From Betaproteobacteria bacterium HGW-Betaproteobacteria-9 (lineage in GTDB: Bacteria > Pseudomonadota > Gammaproteobacteria > Burkholderiales > Burkholderiaceae_C): a stretch of DNA of 64,000 bases. The DNA is taken from the NCBI GenBank assembly GCA_002842215.1, contig PHCC01000007.1:103113-167112 (forward strand), written 5' to 3'. How positions within the stretch are numbered: the first letter of the stretch is position 1; each line of letters begins with the position of its first letter. Under the pieces are notes generated by a model. It was given only the letters and a program-made list of their open reading frames with translations, was not told the DNA's origin and did no database searches. The position numbers and the translations under genes are program-made. Shown here piece by piece: positions 9,222 through 19,046 of the stretch.

Positions 9222-10334
9222 CTAGCCTTCCGGGAATCCGTTCTCCCGACCACCCCGCTCCAGCGCCCAGGCCACGTGTTCGCGCACGAGCGCGCTGGGC
9301 TGTGCACTGCGGGATTCCAAGGCCTGGCGCAGGGCATCCCCCTCTTCGCCCACCGCCGCCGACAACGCATTCCCCATCGCCACCGCGATGTTGCGCATCC
9401 ACCGCTCGTGGCCGATGCGTCGGATCGGGCTGCCTTCGGTGCGACGCAGGAACTCTTCTTCGGTCCACGAAAACAGCTCGATAAGCGTTGAACCGGCAAG
9501 GCCTTCGCGCGGATCAAAGTCGGGCAAGGGACTGCGCTGCGCGAACTTGTTCCAGGGGCAGACCAGCTGGCAGTCGTCGCAGCCGTAGATGCGGTTGCCG
9601 ATCAGCGGGCGCAGGTCTTCGGGGATGGGGCCGGCGTGTTCGATGGTCAGGTAGCTGATGCAGCGCCGCGCGTCCAGCCGCTGCGGGCCGAGGATGGCCT
9701 GGGTCGGGCAGACTTCGATGCAGGCCGTGCAGGCGCCGCAATGCTCGCTCACCGGCTCGCTGGCGGGCAAGGCAAGGTCCACATAAATCTCTCCCAGGAA
9801 AAACATCGAACCGCCTTCGCGGTTGAGCACCAGCGTGTGTTTGCCGCGCCAGCCCTGGCCGCTGCGGCTCGCCAGCTCGGCTTCGAGCACGGGCGCGGAG
9901 TCGGTGAACACGCGGTGGCCCAGCGGCCCCACCTCGTTAGCAATGCGCTCCGCGAGTTTCTGCAGGCGGCTGCGCATGACCTTGTGGTAGTCGCGCCCCC
10001 GGGCGTAGAGCGAGACCACGGCCTCGCCCGGCCGCTGCAGCCGGCTGAATTCGATCGCCTGCCAGCCTTCGGGCGTGTCGCGCGGCAGGTAGTCCATGCG
10101 CGCGGTGATCACACTCACGGTGCCCGGCACCAGCTCGGCCGGGCGCGCGCGCTTGAGGCCGTGGCTGGCCATGTAGCCCATGTCGCCGTGAAATCCGGCC
10201 TGCAACCAGGCGTTCAGACCCGGTTCGGCCGCAGAAAGATCCACCCCGGTCACGCCGATTTGTGAAAATGCGAGTTCCTGGCCCCAGGCCTGTACCTGTG
10301 AGACGAGTTGAGCAGCATCAAAACCGGTTTTCAT
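9222..10334 (-). CDS. queG: tRNA epoxyqueuosine(34) reductase
   Basis: YARGRDYH, FTDSAPVLE, CGACTACIEVCP, RCISYLTIE, YGCDDCQLVCPWN. Confidence 0.95.
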   Translation of the reverse strand: MKTGFDAAQLVSQVQAWGQELAFSQIGVTGVDLSAAEPGLNAWLQAGFHGDMGYMASHGLKRARPAELVPGTVSVITARMDYLPRDTPEGWQAIEFSRLQRPGEAVVSLYARGRDYHKVMRSRLQKLAERIANEVGPLGHRVFTDSAPVLEAELASRSGQGWRGKHTLVLNREGGSMFFLGEIYVDLALPASEPVSEHCGACTACIEVCPTQAILGPQRLDARRCISYLTIEHAGPIPEDLRPLIGNRIYGCDDCQLVCPWNKFAQRSPLPDFDPREGLAGSTLIELFSWTEEEFLRRTEGSPIRRIGHERWMRNIAVAMGNALSAAVGEEGDALRQALESRSAQPSALVREHVAWALERGGRENGFPEG

Positions 10335-10922
10335 GTTCCGCCCATTGTAGAAACGGGCCTGGGAACGCCACACGCCTCGCCAGCGGCGGCGGGTGGGGCC
10401 GTGCCCGTGCTGCAGCTGCACTGGGACAGCGAAGAGGACACGTTTGCTTTTGCCAGCCGCCTCGCCACCTGCCCGGCCCTGGCCCACGCCACCCTCACCC
10501 TGCACGGCGACCTCGGCGCGGGCAAGACCACCTTCGTGCGCCACCTGCTGCGCGCCCTGGGCGTGCGCGGGCGCATCAAGAGCCCGACCTACGCGGTGGT
10601 CGAACCGCACAGCAGCAACGACTGCCCTTTCATGCCGGACGACGAAGTCCTGCACATCTGGCATTTCGATTTCTACCGCTTCAGCGATCCGCGTGAGTGG
10701 GAAGATGCGGGTTTTCGCGAACTTTTTGCCAGCCCCGGCCTCAAGCTGGTGGAATGGCCCGAGCGCGCGGCCGACACCCTGTCCACCGTGGACGCTGACA
10801 TCCAGATCGAGCCCGACGCCATGAACCCTGCTTCCAGCGACGACGCCGACAGCGCACGCCGCGTTCGTTTCACCGCCTACACCCCCACTGGCCAGCACCT
10901 GCTGGAAGCACTAAAAGGATGA
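10308..10922 (+). CDS. tsaE: t6A biosynthesis ATPase (true start probably near GTG 10400)
   Basis: LHGDLGAGKTT, IKSPTYAVVE, HFDFYRF, LVEWPE. Confidence 0.93.
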   Translation: MSSIKTGFHVPPIVETGLGTPHASPAAAGGAVPVLQLHWDSEEDTFAFASRLATCPALAHATLTLHGDLGAGKTTFVRHLLRALGVRGRIKSPTYAVVEPHSSNDCPFMPDDEVLHIWHFDFYRFSDPREWEDAGFRELFASPGLKLVEWPERAADTLSTVDADIQIEPDAMNPASSDDADSARRVRFTAYTPTGQHLLEALKG

Positions 10923-10924
10923 AC

Positions 10925-11002
10925 CCCCACGCTCCACCGCTACGCGGGTCGCTGCCCCCCGAGGGGGCTGACCTGGCTTGGGGCGGCCCGGCGCCGGGTC
11001 GC
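10925..11002 (+). repeat. Dispersed multi-hairpin repeat, copy 2 (subtype B)
   Basis: CCCCCACGCTCCACCGCT..GCGGGTCGCTGCCCCC..GGCTTGGGGCGGCCCG matches reverse complement of 13095-13168. Confidence 0.85.
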
Positions 11003-12418
11003 ATGAACAGCACCGGTCCGAACCGCCGCACCCTGTTGCAGGTCGGCTCGCTGGTGCTGCTGCTGGGCACGCAGCAGATTGCGCGCGGCGCCAGCGTGGT
11101 GGCGGTGCGCATCTGGCCCGCGCAGGACTACACGCGCGTGACCATCGAATCCGATGGCGAACTCAAGGCGCGCCAGACCACCGTGAACGCCCCGCCGCGC
11201 CTGACGCTGGACATCGAGGGGATCGACCTCGTGGACGGCATGCGCGAGCTGGTGGGCCAGCTCAAACCGGACGACCCCAACATCGCGGGCATCCGCGTCG
11301 AGCAGCGCAAGGGCAAGCTGGTGCAGTTGCACATCGACCTCAAGCAAGCCATCCAGCCCCAGGTGTTCAACCTGCAACCGGTGGCGGCCTACCAGCACCG
11401 CCTGGTGTTCGACCTGTACCCGGTCCACGCACCCGACCCGCTCGAAGAACTGATTGCCCAGCGTTTGAAAGAGCTGGACGAAGCCAGCGCGCGCGCCGCG
11501 CGCCTGCTGGGGATCGAAACCGATGCCGTGGACCAGAGCGCTGCCGGCGCCGACGACCCGCTGGGCGAGCTGCTCGCGCGCAACGGCCATGCGCCGCTGG
11601 ACAAGCCCACACACACCCCGCCCAAAGCGACCGCCGCGAAGGCCGGAAAAACGCCCGCAAAGACCGCGCCGCGACCTGCCCCCGGCGGCATCACCGAGCG
11701 CCTGATCATCGTGGCGCTCGACCCCGGACATGGCGGCGAAGACCCCGGCGCCATCGGTCCCGCCGGCACCAAGGAAAAGGACGTGGTGCTCAAGGTGGCC
11801 CACCGCCTGCGCGACCGCATCAACGCCACCCGCGTCAACGGCAACCCCATGCGCGCCTACCTCACGCGCGACGCCGACTTCTTCGTGCCGCTGGGTACAC
11901 GGGTGAAAAAGGCGCAGCGCGTCAAGGCCGACCTGTTCATCAGCCTGCACGCCGACGCTTTCATGACGCCCCAGCCCCAGGGCGCGAGCGTGTTCGCACT
12001 CAGCAACAAGGGTGCGAGCAGCGCCGCGGCACGCTGGATGGCGAACAAGGAAAACGCGGCCGACCTGGTGGGCGGCATCAACGTCAAGGTCAAGGACGCC
12101 ACCTTGCAGCGCGCCCTGCTCGACATGAGCACCTCCGCCCAGATCAAGGACAGCCTCAAGCTCGGCAGCGCGATGCTGGGCGAAGTGAAGCGTGTGGGCA
12201 AACTGCACAAGCCACACGTGGAGCAGGCGGGGTTTGCCGTGCTCAAGGCACCCGACATCCCGAGCGTGCTGGTCGAAACCGCCTTCATCAGCAACCCGGA
12301 CGAAGAGCGGCGGCTCAACAGCGACAAATACCAGACCGATCTGGCCGATGCCCTGCTCAAGGGCATCGTCAAATACTTCAGCGCCAACCCGCCGCTGGCG
12401 CGGTCGCGGCAGTTCTGA
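11003..12418 (+). CDS. amiC: N-acetylmuramoyl-L-alanine amidase with AMIN domain (alternative in-frame ATG at 10919)
   Basis: Tat-like RRTLLQ, AMIN region, LDPGHGGEDPGA, FISLHADA, VLVETAFISN. Confidence 0.93.
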   Translation: MNSTGPNRRTLLQVGSLVLLLGTQQIARGASVVAVRIWPAQDYTRVTIESDGELKARQTTVNAPPRLTLDIEGIDLVDGMRELVGQLKPDDPNIAGIRVEQRKGKLVQLHIDLKQAIQPQVFNLQPVAAYQHRLVFDLYPVHAPDPLEELIAQRLKELDEASARAARLLGIETDAVDQSAAGADDPLGELLARNGHAPLDKPTHTPPKATAAKAGKTPAKTAPRPAPGGITERLIIVALDPGHGGEDPGAIGPAGTKEKDVVLKVAHRLRDRINATRVNGNPMRAYLTRDADFFVPLGTRVKKAQRVKADLFISLHADAFMTPQPQGASVFALSNKGASSAAARWMANKENAADLVGGINVKVKDATLQRALLDMSTSAQIKDSLKLGSAMLGEVKRVGKLHKPHVEQAGFAVLKAPDIPSVLVETAFISNPDEERRLNSDKYQTDLADALLKGIVKYFSANPPLARSRQF

Positions 12419-13081
12419 TCAGGGCGCCGCAGCGGCCCGCGCTTTTTCGGCGCGCGCTGCCCGCCAGCCACCGAAGATGGCGATCAGCCCTGGCACGAAG
12501 ATCAGCGCCCAGATGATCTTGCTCAGGTTGGCCTGCACCCAGGGCAGGTTGCCAAAGAAGTAGCCGGCGGCGGTCAGGCCGATCACCCAGACCACCGCGC
12601 CCACCACGTTGTAGGCGGTGAACTTGCTGCGCGTCATCTCGGCCACGCCCGCCACGAAGGGCGCAAAGGTGCGGATGAAGGGCATGAAGCGCGCCAGGAT
12701 GATGGTCACACCGCCGTAGCGCTCGTAGAAGTTGTGCGCCTGGTTGAAGGCGTTCTTGTTGAAGAAGCGCGAGTTCTCCCACTGGAACACCTTGGGGCCG
12801 AAATAGCGCCCGATGCTGTAGTTGGTCTGGTCGCCCAGGATGGCGGCCAGCAACATCAGGCCGGCCGCCAGCGACCAGTCCATCACGCCGGCGCCACACA
12901 GCGCGCCGACGATGAACAGCAGCGAGTCGCCCGGCAGAAAGGGCATGACCACCAGGCCGGTTTCCACAAAGATGATGGCAAACAGCAGCGCGTAGACCCA
13001 GGCGCCGTAGGTTTGCACGAAGACCTGCAGGTGTTTGTCCACATGCAGCACGAAGTCGATCAGGGTCAGAGCAATTTCCAT
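12419..13081 (-). CDS. DedA family membrane protein
   Basis: FVETGLVVMPFLPGDSLLF, ARFMPFIRTFAPFVAG. Confidence 0.95.
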   Translation of the reverse strand: MEIALTLIDFVLHVDKHLQVFVQTYGAWVYALLFAIIFVETGLVVMPFLPGDSLLFIVGALCGAGVMDWSLAAGLMLLAAILGDQTNYSIGRYFGPKVFQWENSRFFNKNAFNQAHNFYERYGGVTIILARFMPFIRTFAPFVAGVAEMTRSKFTAYNVVGAVVWVIGLTAAGYFFGNLPWVQANLSKIIWALIFVPGLIAIFGGWRAARAEKARAAAAP

Positions 13082-13094
13082 GGGGAGGGATTAT

Positions 13095-13168
13095 CCGGCG
13101 TCGGGCCGCCCCAAGCCGGAATCGCGCCCCGCGGGGGCAGCGACCCGCACAGCGGTGGAGCGTGGGGG
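13095..13168 (-). repeat. Dispersed multi-hairpin repeat, copy 3 (subtype B)
   Basis: Inverted near-copy of 10925-11002 in the dedA leader. Confidence 0.85.
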
Positions 13169-13199
13169 CCAAACTGTCCCCGCGACCTACAATTTGCCG

Positions 13200-15182
13200 G
13201 TGAACGACCGCCTACCCCCCTCCGAACGCCGCCCGATCCTCGAACTGCCCGACGAACTGATCAGCCAGATCGCGGCCGGTGAGGTGGTCGAACGGCCCGC
13301 CTCGGTGGTGCGTGAGCTCGTGGACAACGCGCTCGATGCCGGTGCCACCCAGATCACCGTGCGCCTGCAGGCCGGCGGCGTGCGGCTGATCAGCGTGGAA
13401 GACAACGGCTGGGGCATCCACCGCACCGAACTGCCCACCGCCCTCAAGCGCCACGCCACCAGCAAGATCGCCAGCCTGGGCGACCTGGAGTCGGTGCACA
13501 CCATGGGTTTCCGCGGCGAAGCGCTGGCCGCCATCTGCTCGATCGCCGAAGTCTCGGTGCTCACGCGCACCGACAGCGGCGACGAACCCCACGGCTGGCT
13601 GCTCGACGGCCGCAGCGGCGAGCTGCAGCCGACCGCACGCGGCCCCGGCACCACGGTCGAGGTGCGAGAACTGTTTTTCGCCACGCCTGCTCGGCGCAAG
13701 TTTCTCAAAACCGACGCCACCGAGCTAGCCCATTGCATCGAAGCCGTGCGCCGCCACGCGCTGGCGCGACCCGAGGTGGGCTTTGCGATCTGGCACGACG
13801 GCAAGCTGGTGGCACAGTGGCGCGCCGTGGCGGCCGACCTCACTGGCGGCGGCACGCTGGACGCCCTGCGCCAGCGCCTGGCCGACGTGCTGGGCGAAGA
13901 CTTTATTGAGCAGGCGGTGGCGGTCAACTGGCCGGCCGACGCCGTGCCCGGCGAAATGGCCCTGGCCGATGGCGTGCAGCGCCTGCGCGTCTGGGGTTTT
14001 GCCGGCGTGCCCGACGCGGCGCGCTCGCGCAGCGACTGGCAATACGCCTACGTGAACGGGCGTTTCGTGCGCGACAAGGTGATCGGCCACGCCGCGCGCA
14101 GCGCCTATGAGGACGTGCTGCACGGCCACCGCCAGCCGGTCTACGCGCTCTACGTGAGCCTGGACCCGACGCGGGTGGACGTGAACGTGCACCCGACCAA
14201 GATCGAGGTGCGTTTCCGCGACAGCCGCGAGGTGCACCAGGCCGTGCGCCACGCGGTGGACGCCGCGCTGGCCGCGCCGCGTTCGGCTGCGGCGGCCAGC
14301 GCGCAAGCTGTGTTGCCGCAAGGCGAAGCCGGCGCCAACCCGCCCCCTTCGGCAGGCGCGTGGACGCCACCCGAGCGCCTGCCCTCCACGCTGGGCGGTG
14401 CGCAGAATGCGCTGCCGTTCCAGCGCTATGCGCAGCCCGACGCCATCGGCCAGCGCGTGAGCGACCTCGGGGCCTTGTGGGGCAACAGCCTTCAGAGAGC
14501 CACTCCAGGGTTCGATTCGGCGAGTACGTCGACAAGCTCATTTCAAACAGACGGAATACGCAGCGAGCCGGCCGACAGCCCACCCCTGCCCGAAGGCGAC
14601 TGGCCACTCGGTCGCGCCATCGCGCAGCTGCAGGGCGTCTACATCCTGGCCGAAAACGCCCAGGGCCTGGTGGTGGTGGACATGCACGCCGCGCACGAGC
14701 GCATCGTCTACGAACGCCTCAAGCAGCAGATGGACAACGAGCAACTGGCCAGCCAGCCGCTGCTGATCCCGGCCACCTTCGCGGCCACACCCACCGAAGT
14801 GGCGACCGCCGAAGACAGCGGCGTGGTGCTGGCGATGCTGGGCCTGGAGGTGGTGCCGTTTTCGCCCAAAACGCTGGCGGTGCGCGCCGTGCCGACCACG
14901 CTGGCACAGGGCGACCCGGTGGAACTCGCACGCAGCGTGCTCGCCGAGCTGAGCCAGCACGACGCCAGCACCGTGGTGCAGCGCGCCCGCAACGAGCTGC
15001 TGGCCACCATGGCCTGCCACGGCGCGGTGCGCGCCAACCGCCGCCTCACGCTCGACGAAATGAACGCCCTGCTGCGCCAGATGGAAGTCACCGAGCGCTC
15101 CGACCAGTGCAACCACGGCCGCCCGACCTGGCGCCAGGTGAGCATGAAAGAGCTGGACGCGCTGTTCCTGCGCGGACGCTGA
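13200..15182 (+). CDS. mutL: DNA mismatch repair endonuclease MutL
   Basis: IAAGEVVERPASVVRELVDN, MGFRGEAL, DVNVHPTK, DMHAAHERI, CNHGRP; GTG start 13200. Confidence 0.97.
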   Translation: MNDRLPPSERRPILELPDELISQIAAGEVVERPASVVRELVDNALDAGATQITVRLQAGGVRLISVEDNGWGIHRTELPTALKRHATSKIASLGDLESVHTMGFRGEALAAICSIAEVSVLTRTDSGDEPHGWLLDGRSGELQPTARGPGTTVEVRELFFATPARRKFLKTDATELAHCIEAVRRHALARPEVGFAIWHDGKLVAQWRAVAADLTGGGTLDALRQRLADVLGEDFIEQAVAVNWPADAVPGEMALADGVQRLRVWGFAGVPDAARSRSDWQYAYVNGRFVRDKVIGHAARSAYEDVLHGHRQPVYALYVSLDPTRVDVNVHPTKIEVRFRDSREVHQAVRHAVDAALAAPRSAAAASAQAVLPQGEAGANPPPSAGAWTPPERLPSTLGGAQNALPFQRYAQPDAIGQRVSDLGALWGNSLQRATPGFDSASTSTSSFQTDGIRSEPADSPPLPEGDWPLGRAIAQLQGVYILAENAQGLVVVDMHAAHERIVYERLKQQMDNEQLASQPLLIPATFAATPTEVATAEDSGVVLAMLGLEVVPFSPKTLAVRAVPTTLAQGDPVELARSVLAELSQHDASTVVQRARNELLATMACHGAVRANRRLTLDEMNALLRQMEVTERSDQCNHGRPTWRQVSMKELDALFLRGR

Positions 15183-15201
15183 ACCTCTGGGAGGCATCAC
15201 C

Positions 15202-15909
15202 GTGGTGCACCTGCTCGACAACATCTTCTGGCACGCCCTGACCGGCCCGCAGGCGCACTGGGCCGTCGGCTCGGGCGGAGCGCGCCGATACGCCCCGGGT
15301 TTTTCGCCCATCGTCGGCTTTGCCAACCCGCAGCGGCCCGATTTCGACGCGCTAACGCCGCACTGCGGACCCGACGAACATTTTTACTGCGCCGGCTGGT
15401 CGGGGCCCGCGCCCGCGGGCTGGGTGGTCGAGGCCGAGACCACCATGCACAAGATGGTCTGGGCCGGCGAGGCCCCGGCGCGCGACGAAGCTCCCGACGC
15501 CCGGCCCATCGGTCCGGAACACCTGGACCAGGTGCTGGCCCTGGCCGAGCTCACCCGCCCCGGGCCGTTTGGCCCGCGCACCATCGAGCTCGGTGAGTAC
15601 TTCGGCCTGTTCGACGGCGAACGCCTCATGGCCATGGCCGGCGAACGCAGCTTTGCCGAAACCCTGCGCGAGGTCAGCGGCGTCTGCACCCACCCGGACG
15701 TCCAGGGCCGCGGGCTGGCGCGACGGCTGGTGCTCAAACTGATCGCACGCCAGCTCGCACGCGGCGAAACCCCGTTCCTGCACGTGATGAGCGCCAACAC
15801 TGGAGCCCTCGGCCTGTACCAGCGCATGGGTTTTCGCACCCACCGCGAGGTTGTGGTGCGCGTTATCGCACGGGGTCAAGTCAGTCCAGGGTCTGCCGGT
15901 AGCGTTTGA
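15202..15909 (+). CDS. GNAT (FR47-like) acetyltransferase
   Basis: EVSGVCTHPDVQGRGLA, LYQRMGF. Confidence 0.88.
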   Translation: MVHLLDNIFWHALTGPQAHWAVGSGGARRYAPGFSPIVGFANPQRPDFDALTPHCGPDEHFYCAGWSGPAPAGWVVEAETTMHKMVWAGEAPARDEAPDARPIGPEHLDQVLALAELTRPGPFGPRTIELGEYFGLFDGERLMAMAGERSFAETLREVSGVCTHPDVQGRGLARRLVLKLIARQLARGETPFLHVMSANTGALGLYQRMGFRTHREVVVRVIARGQVSPGSAGSV

Positions 15910-17014
15910 GCGCCACGGCGCCTGCGATCACCAGAAACAGCAGCATGGGCCAGAGGTCGGCCCAGAGCTGCGGTGCCTGGTTGCCCTTGAGCATGATGCC
16001 GCGCACGATGCGCAGGAAGTGCGTCAGCGGCAGGCCCTCGCCCAGCCATTGCGCCCAGACCGGCATGCCGCGGAACGGGAACATGAAGCCCGAGAGCAAC
16101 ATCGAGGGCAGGAAGAAAAAGAAGGTCATCTGCATCGCCTGCAACTGGTTGCGCGCGATGGTGGAAAACGTGAACCCGACCGCCAAGTTGGCGACCATGA
16201 AGACCCCGATCATGGCCATCAGCAACACGAAGCTGCCCACCATGGGCACCTCGAACAGCAGCCAGGCCGCGCCCAGGATCACACCGAGCTGCACATAACC
16301 GATCACCACGTAGGGCAGGATCTTGCCCACCATCACCTCCAGCGGCCGCACCGGCGTGGCGAGCAGGTTTTCCATCGTGCCGCGCTCGCGTTCGCGCGTC
16401 ATGGCCAGCGAGGTCAGCATCACCATGGTCATGGTGAGGATGGTGCCGATCAGGCCGGGCACGATGTTGTAGCGCGACAGGCCTTCGGGGTTGTAGCGCC
16501 GGTGCACCCGGATCTCGAACGGCGCCGCGCCCTTCTGCAACGCCTGCAGCGGGCCGGTGAGATCGTGGCGCAGGGCCAGGTTCGTCATCTCGCCGAGCGC
16601 GGCGATCGCATTGCCCGAGGCCGAAGGGTCGGTGGCGTCCACCGACACCAGCACCGCCGGGCGCTCGCCGCGCACCACGTCGCGCGAAAAACCGGGCGGG
16701 ATCACGATCATGAACTGCACCTCGCCCCCCGCCAGCAGGGCGTCGGCCTCGGTTTCGCTGGTGCCCTGGTGCACCACCTTGAAGTAGCCGGTGTTCTGCA
16801 GCGAGGCCACCAGGCTGCGCGCCAGCGGGCCGGCGTCGGCCGCGACCACCGCCGTGGGCAGGCCCTTGGGGTCGGTGTTGATGGCGTAGCCGAACAGCAC
16901 CAGTTGCATCACCGGCACGCCCACCGCCATGGCGAAGGTGAGCCGGTCGCGCAGCATCTGCTGGAACTCCTTGATGAACACGGCCCAGGTGCGCGCGGGC
17001 GAAAACCATTTCAT
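15881..17014 (-). CDS. ABC-2 type permease (YbhS/R-like)
   Basis: RERERGTMENLLATP, LSGFMFP, LPLTHF. Confidence 0.92.
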   Translation of the reverse strand: MKWFSPARTWAVFIKEFQQMLRDRLTFAMAVGVPVMQLVLFGYAINTDPKGLPTAVVAADAGPLARSLVASLQNTGYFKVVHQGTSETEADALLAGGEVQFMIVIPPGFSRDVVRGERPAVLVSVDATDPSASGNAIAALGEMTNLALRHDLTGPLQALQKGAAPFEIRVHRRYNPEGLSRYNIVPGLIGTILTMTMVMLTSLAMTRERERGTMENLLATPVRPLEVMVGKILPYVVIGYVQLGVILGAAWLLFEVPMVGSFVLLMAMIGVFMVANLAVGFTFSTIARNQLQAMQMTFFFFLPSMLLSGFMFPFRGMPVWAQWLGEGLPLTHFLRIVRGIMLKGNQAPQLWADLWPMLLFLVIAGAVALKRYRQTLD

Positions 17015-17955
17015 GGGCGCCCCACCTGGCCGTTGCCAAAGTTGTCCTGTGCCTGATCGATCAGGCTGATGAACACGTCCTCCAGGTTGGCCCGCGTTTC
17101 GCGCAGCACCACGCCGCTCTCGCCCTGGAAAGCGCCGAGCGACTGCGCCAGCAGCGCGGCGTCGCGCCCGGCCACGTGCAGGGTGTTGCCGAAAGCGACG
17201 ACGTTCTGCACGCCCGGCAGCGCGCGCAGGCGTTCGCTCAGCGCCGGGTCGGCAGCGCCTTCGAGCGCCCAGACGCTCAGGCGGGCCGCGTCGACGATCT
17301 CGCGCTCGTTGCCGCGCGCGAGCACCTTGCCGTAGGCGATGTAGACCAGGTCGTGGCAGCGCGCGGCCTCGTCCATGTAGTGGGTGGACACCAGCACCGT
17401 GATGCCCTGCGCGGCCAGGCGGTGGATCTGGTCCCAGAAGTCGCGCCGGGCCTTGGGGTCGACGCCGGCCGTGGGTTCGTCGAGCAGCAGCAGGCGCGGT
17501 TCGTGGATCAGGCAGGCGGCCAGCGCCAGGCGCTGTTTCCAGCCGCCCGAGAGCGTGCCGGCGAGCTGGCGCTGGCGCGCCTGCAGGCCCAGCCGCTCCA
17601 GCGCCAGGTCCACCGCCGCGCGGCGCTGCGGTAGTTCGAACAAACGGGCCACGAAGTCCAGGTTTTCGCGGATCGAGAGGTCGTCGTAGAGGCCGAACTT
17701 CTGCGTCATGTAGCCCACCTGGCGCTTGATGGCGGCGGCCTGGCGGCGGAAGTCCAGCCCCAGGCACTGGCCCTCGCCCGCGTCGGGGCGCAGCAGGCCG
17801 CAGAGCATGCGGATCGTCGTGGTCTTGCCGCTGCCGTTGGGCCCGAGGAACCCGCAGATGCGGCCCTGCCCGACCTGCAGGGTCACCTCATCCACCACGG
17901 CGCGACCACCATAGCGCTTGGTCAGGCCGCGCACGTCGATGGCGAGGGCGCTCAC
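17011..17955 (-). CDS. ABC transporter ATP-binding protein (YbhF-like)
   Basis: GPNGSGKTT, LSGGWKQR, LLLDEPT; GTG start 17955. Confidence 0.93.
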   Translation of the reverse strand: MSALAIDVRGLTKRYGGRAVVDEVTLQVGQGRICGFLGPNGSGKTTTIRMLCGLLRPDAGEGQCLGLDFRRQAAAIKRQVGYMTQKFGLYDDLSIRENLDFVARLFELPQRRAAVDLALERLGLQARQRQLAGTLSGGWKQRLALAACLIHEPRLLLLDEPTAGVDPKARRDFWDQIHRLAAQGITVLVSTHYMDEAARCHDLVYIAYGKVLARGNEREIVDAARLSVWALEGAADPALSERLRALPGVQNVVAFGNTLHVAGRDAALLAQSLGAFQGESGVVLRETRANLEDVFISLIDQAQDNFGNGQVGRP

Positions 17956-18950
17956 TTGGGCTCCTGAGCCAATGGACTCACGTCCAGCGGCTGACCCGGA
18001 TGCAGGCGGTTCGCGTCGGCGGGGCGCGGCGCCGCTTCCACCAGAAACACCAACCGGGCGCGCTGGGCGTTGGAGTAGATCACCGGCGGCGTGAATTCCG
18101 GGCCGCTGGCGATGCGGATGATGCGCGCGGGAATCGGCTCGCCGCAACCGTCGCAGCGCAGGCCCACCCACTGGCCGGTGGCGAGCGCGCCGACCTCGGT
18201 TTCGGGCACGTAGAACCGGGCCTTCACACCCCCCGGCGGTAGCAGCGACAGCACCGGCTGCCCCGGCGCCACGGTTTCGCCGACCCGGAAAAACACCTCG
18301 GCCACCTGGGCATCGGCGGGCGCGGTCTGCTGCTTCTGGGCCAGCCGCCATTCGCTCTGGCGCAGCACCTGGCGAGCGGCTTCGGCCTGGGCCTGGGCGG
18401 CGTCGGTTTCGTCGCTGCGTGCCGGCAAGGCCGCCACACGCAGGGCGGCCTGAAGCTCGGTGACCCGGGCGTTCGCCTGGTCGAGCGCGGCCCTGGCGGC
18501 GTCCTGGCTGGCCGGCGACACAAAACCCTGGGCCAGCAGATCCCGCTGGCGCACCCAGGCGGTGTGCGCCAGCGCGGCCTGCGCCCGGGCCTGCGCCAGT
18601 TGGGCGCGGGTGACCGCCACCTCGTCGCTGCGCCGGCCTTTGGTGGTGTTGGCGGCCTGGGCCAAGGTGCCGGCCAGACGCGCCCGGGCTTCGGCCTGCT
18701 CCGCCTGTTCGGCCTGGGCGTCGAGCGCGAACAGCGCATCGCCTTTGCGCACCCGGTCACCCGCCCGCACGGTCAGCGTGTCGAGCCGCCCACCCAGCGG
18801 GGACGACACGTGCACGTAGTCGCCCTCGACGTAACCCGACCAGCCGGCGGGCGGCGCCTCACCACAGGCCAGCAGCCCGGCGACCAGGGCCAGCACCGCG
18901 GCCCGGCCCGGTGCGCGGCGGATGAAACGAGGGAACACGCTGTCGGTCAT
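17952..18950 (-). CDS. HlyD family periplasmic adaptor (YbhG-like)
   Basis: Lipobox LLAC, barrel-sandwich hybrid plus coiled coil, EFTPPVIYS, LHPGQP. Confidence 0.9.
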   Translation of the reverse strand: MTDSVFPRFIRRAPGRAAVLALVAGLLACGEAPPAGWSGYVEGDYVHVSSPLGGRLDTLTVRAGDRVRKGDALFALDAQAEQAEQAEARARLAGTLAQAANTTKGRRSDEVAVTRAQLAQARAQAALAHTAWVRQRDLLAQGFVSPASQDAARAALDQANARVTELQAALRVAALPARSDETDAAQAQAEAARQVLRQSEWRLAQKQQTAPADAQVAEVFFRVGETVAPGQPVLSLLPPGGVKARFYVPETEVGALATGQWVGLRCDGCGEPIPARIIRIASGPEFTPPVIYSNAQRARLVFLVEAAPRPADANRLHPGQPLDVSPLAQEPK

Positions 18951-19046
18951 GGGCTGCTCGTCCGGTGGTGTCCAGGCGGGGGGCGTTCCGCTGGTTTTGT
19001 TCATTCTGCCCTGAACTTTTCGGGTCGGGTCGCATCACTCCTTGCC

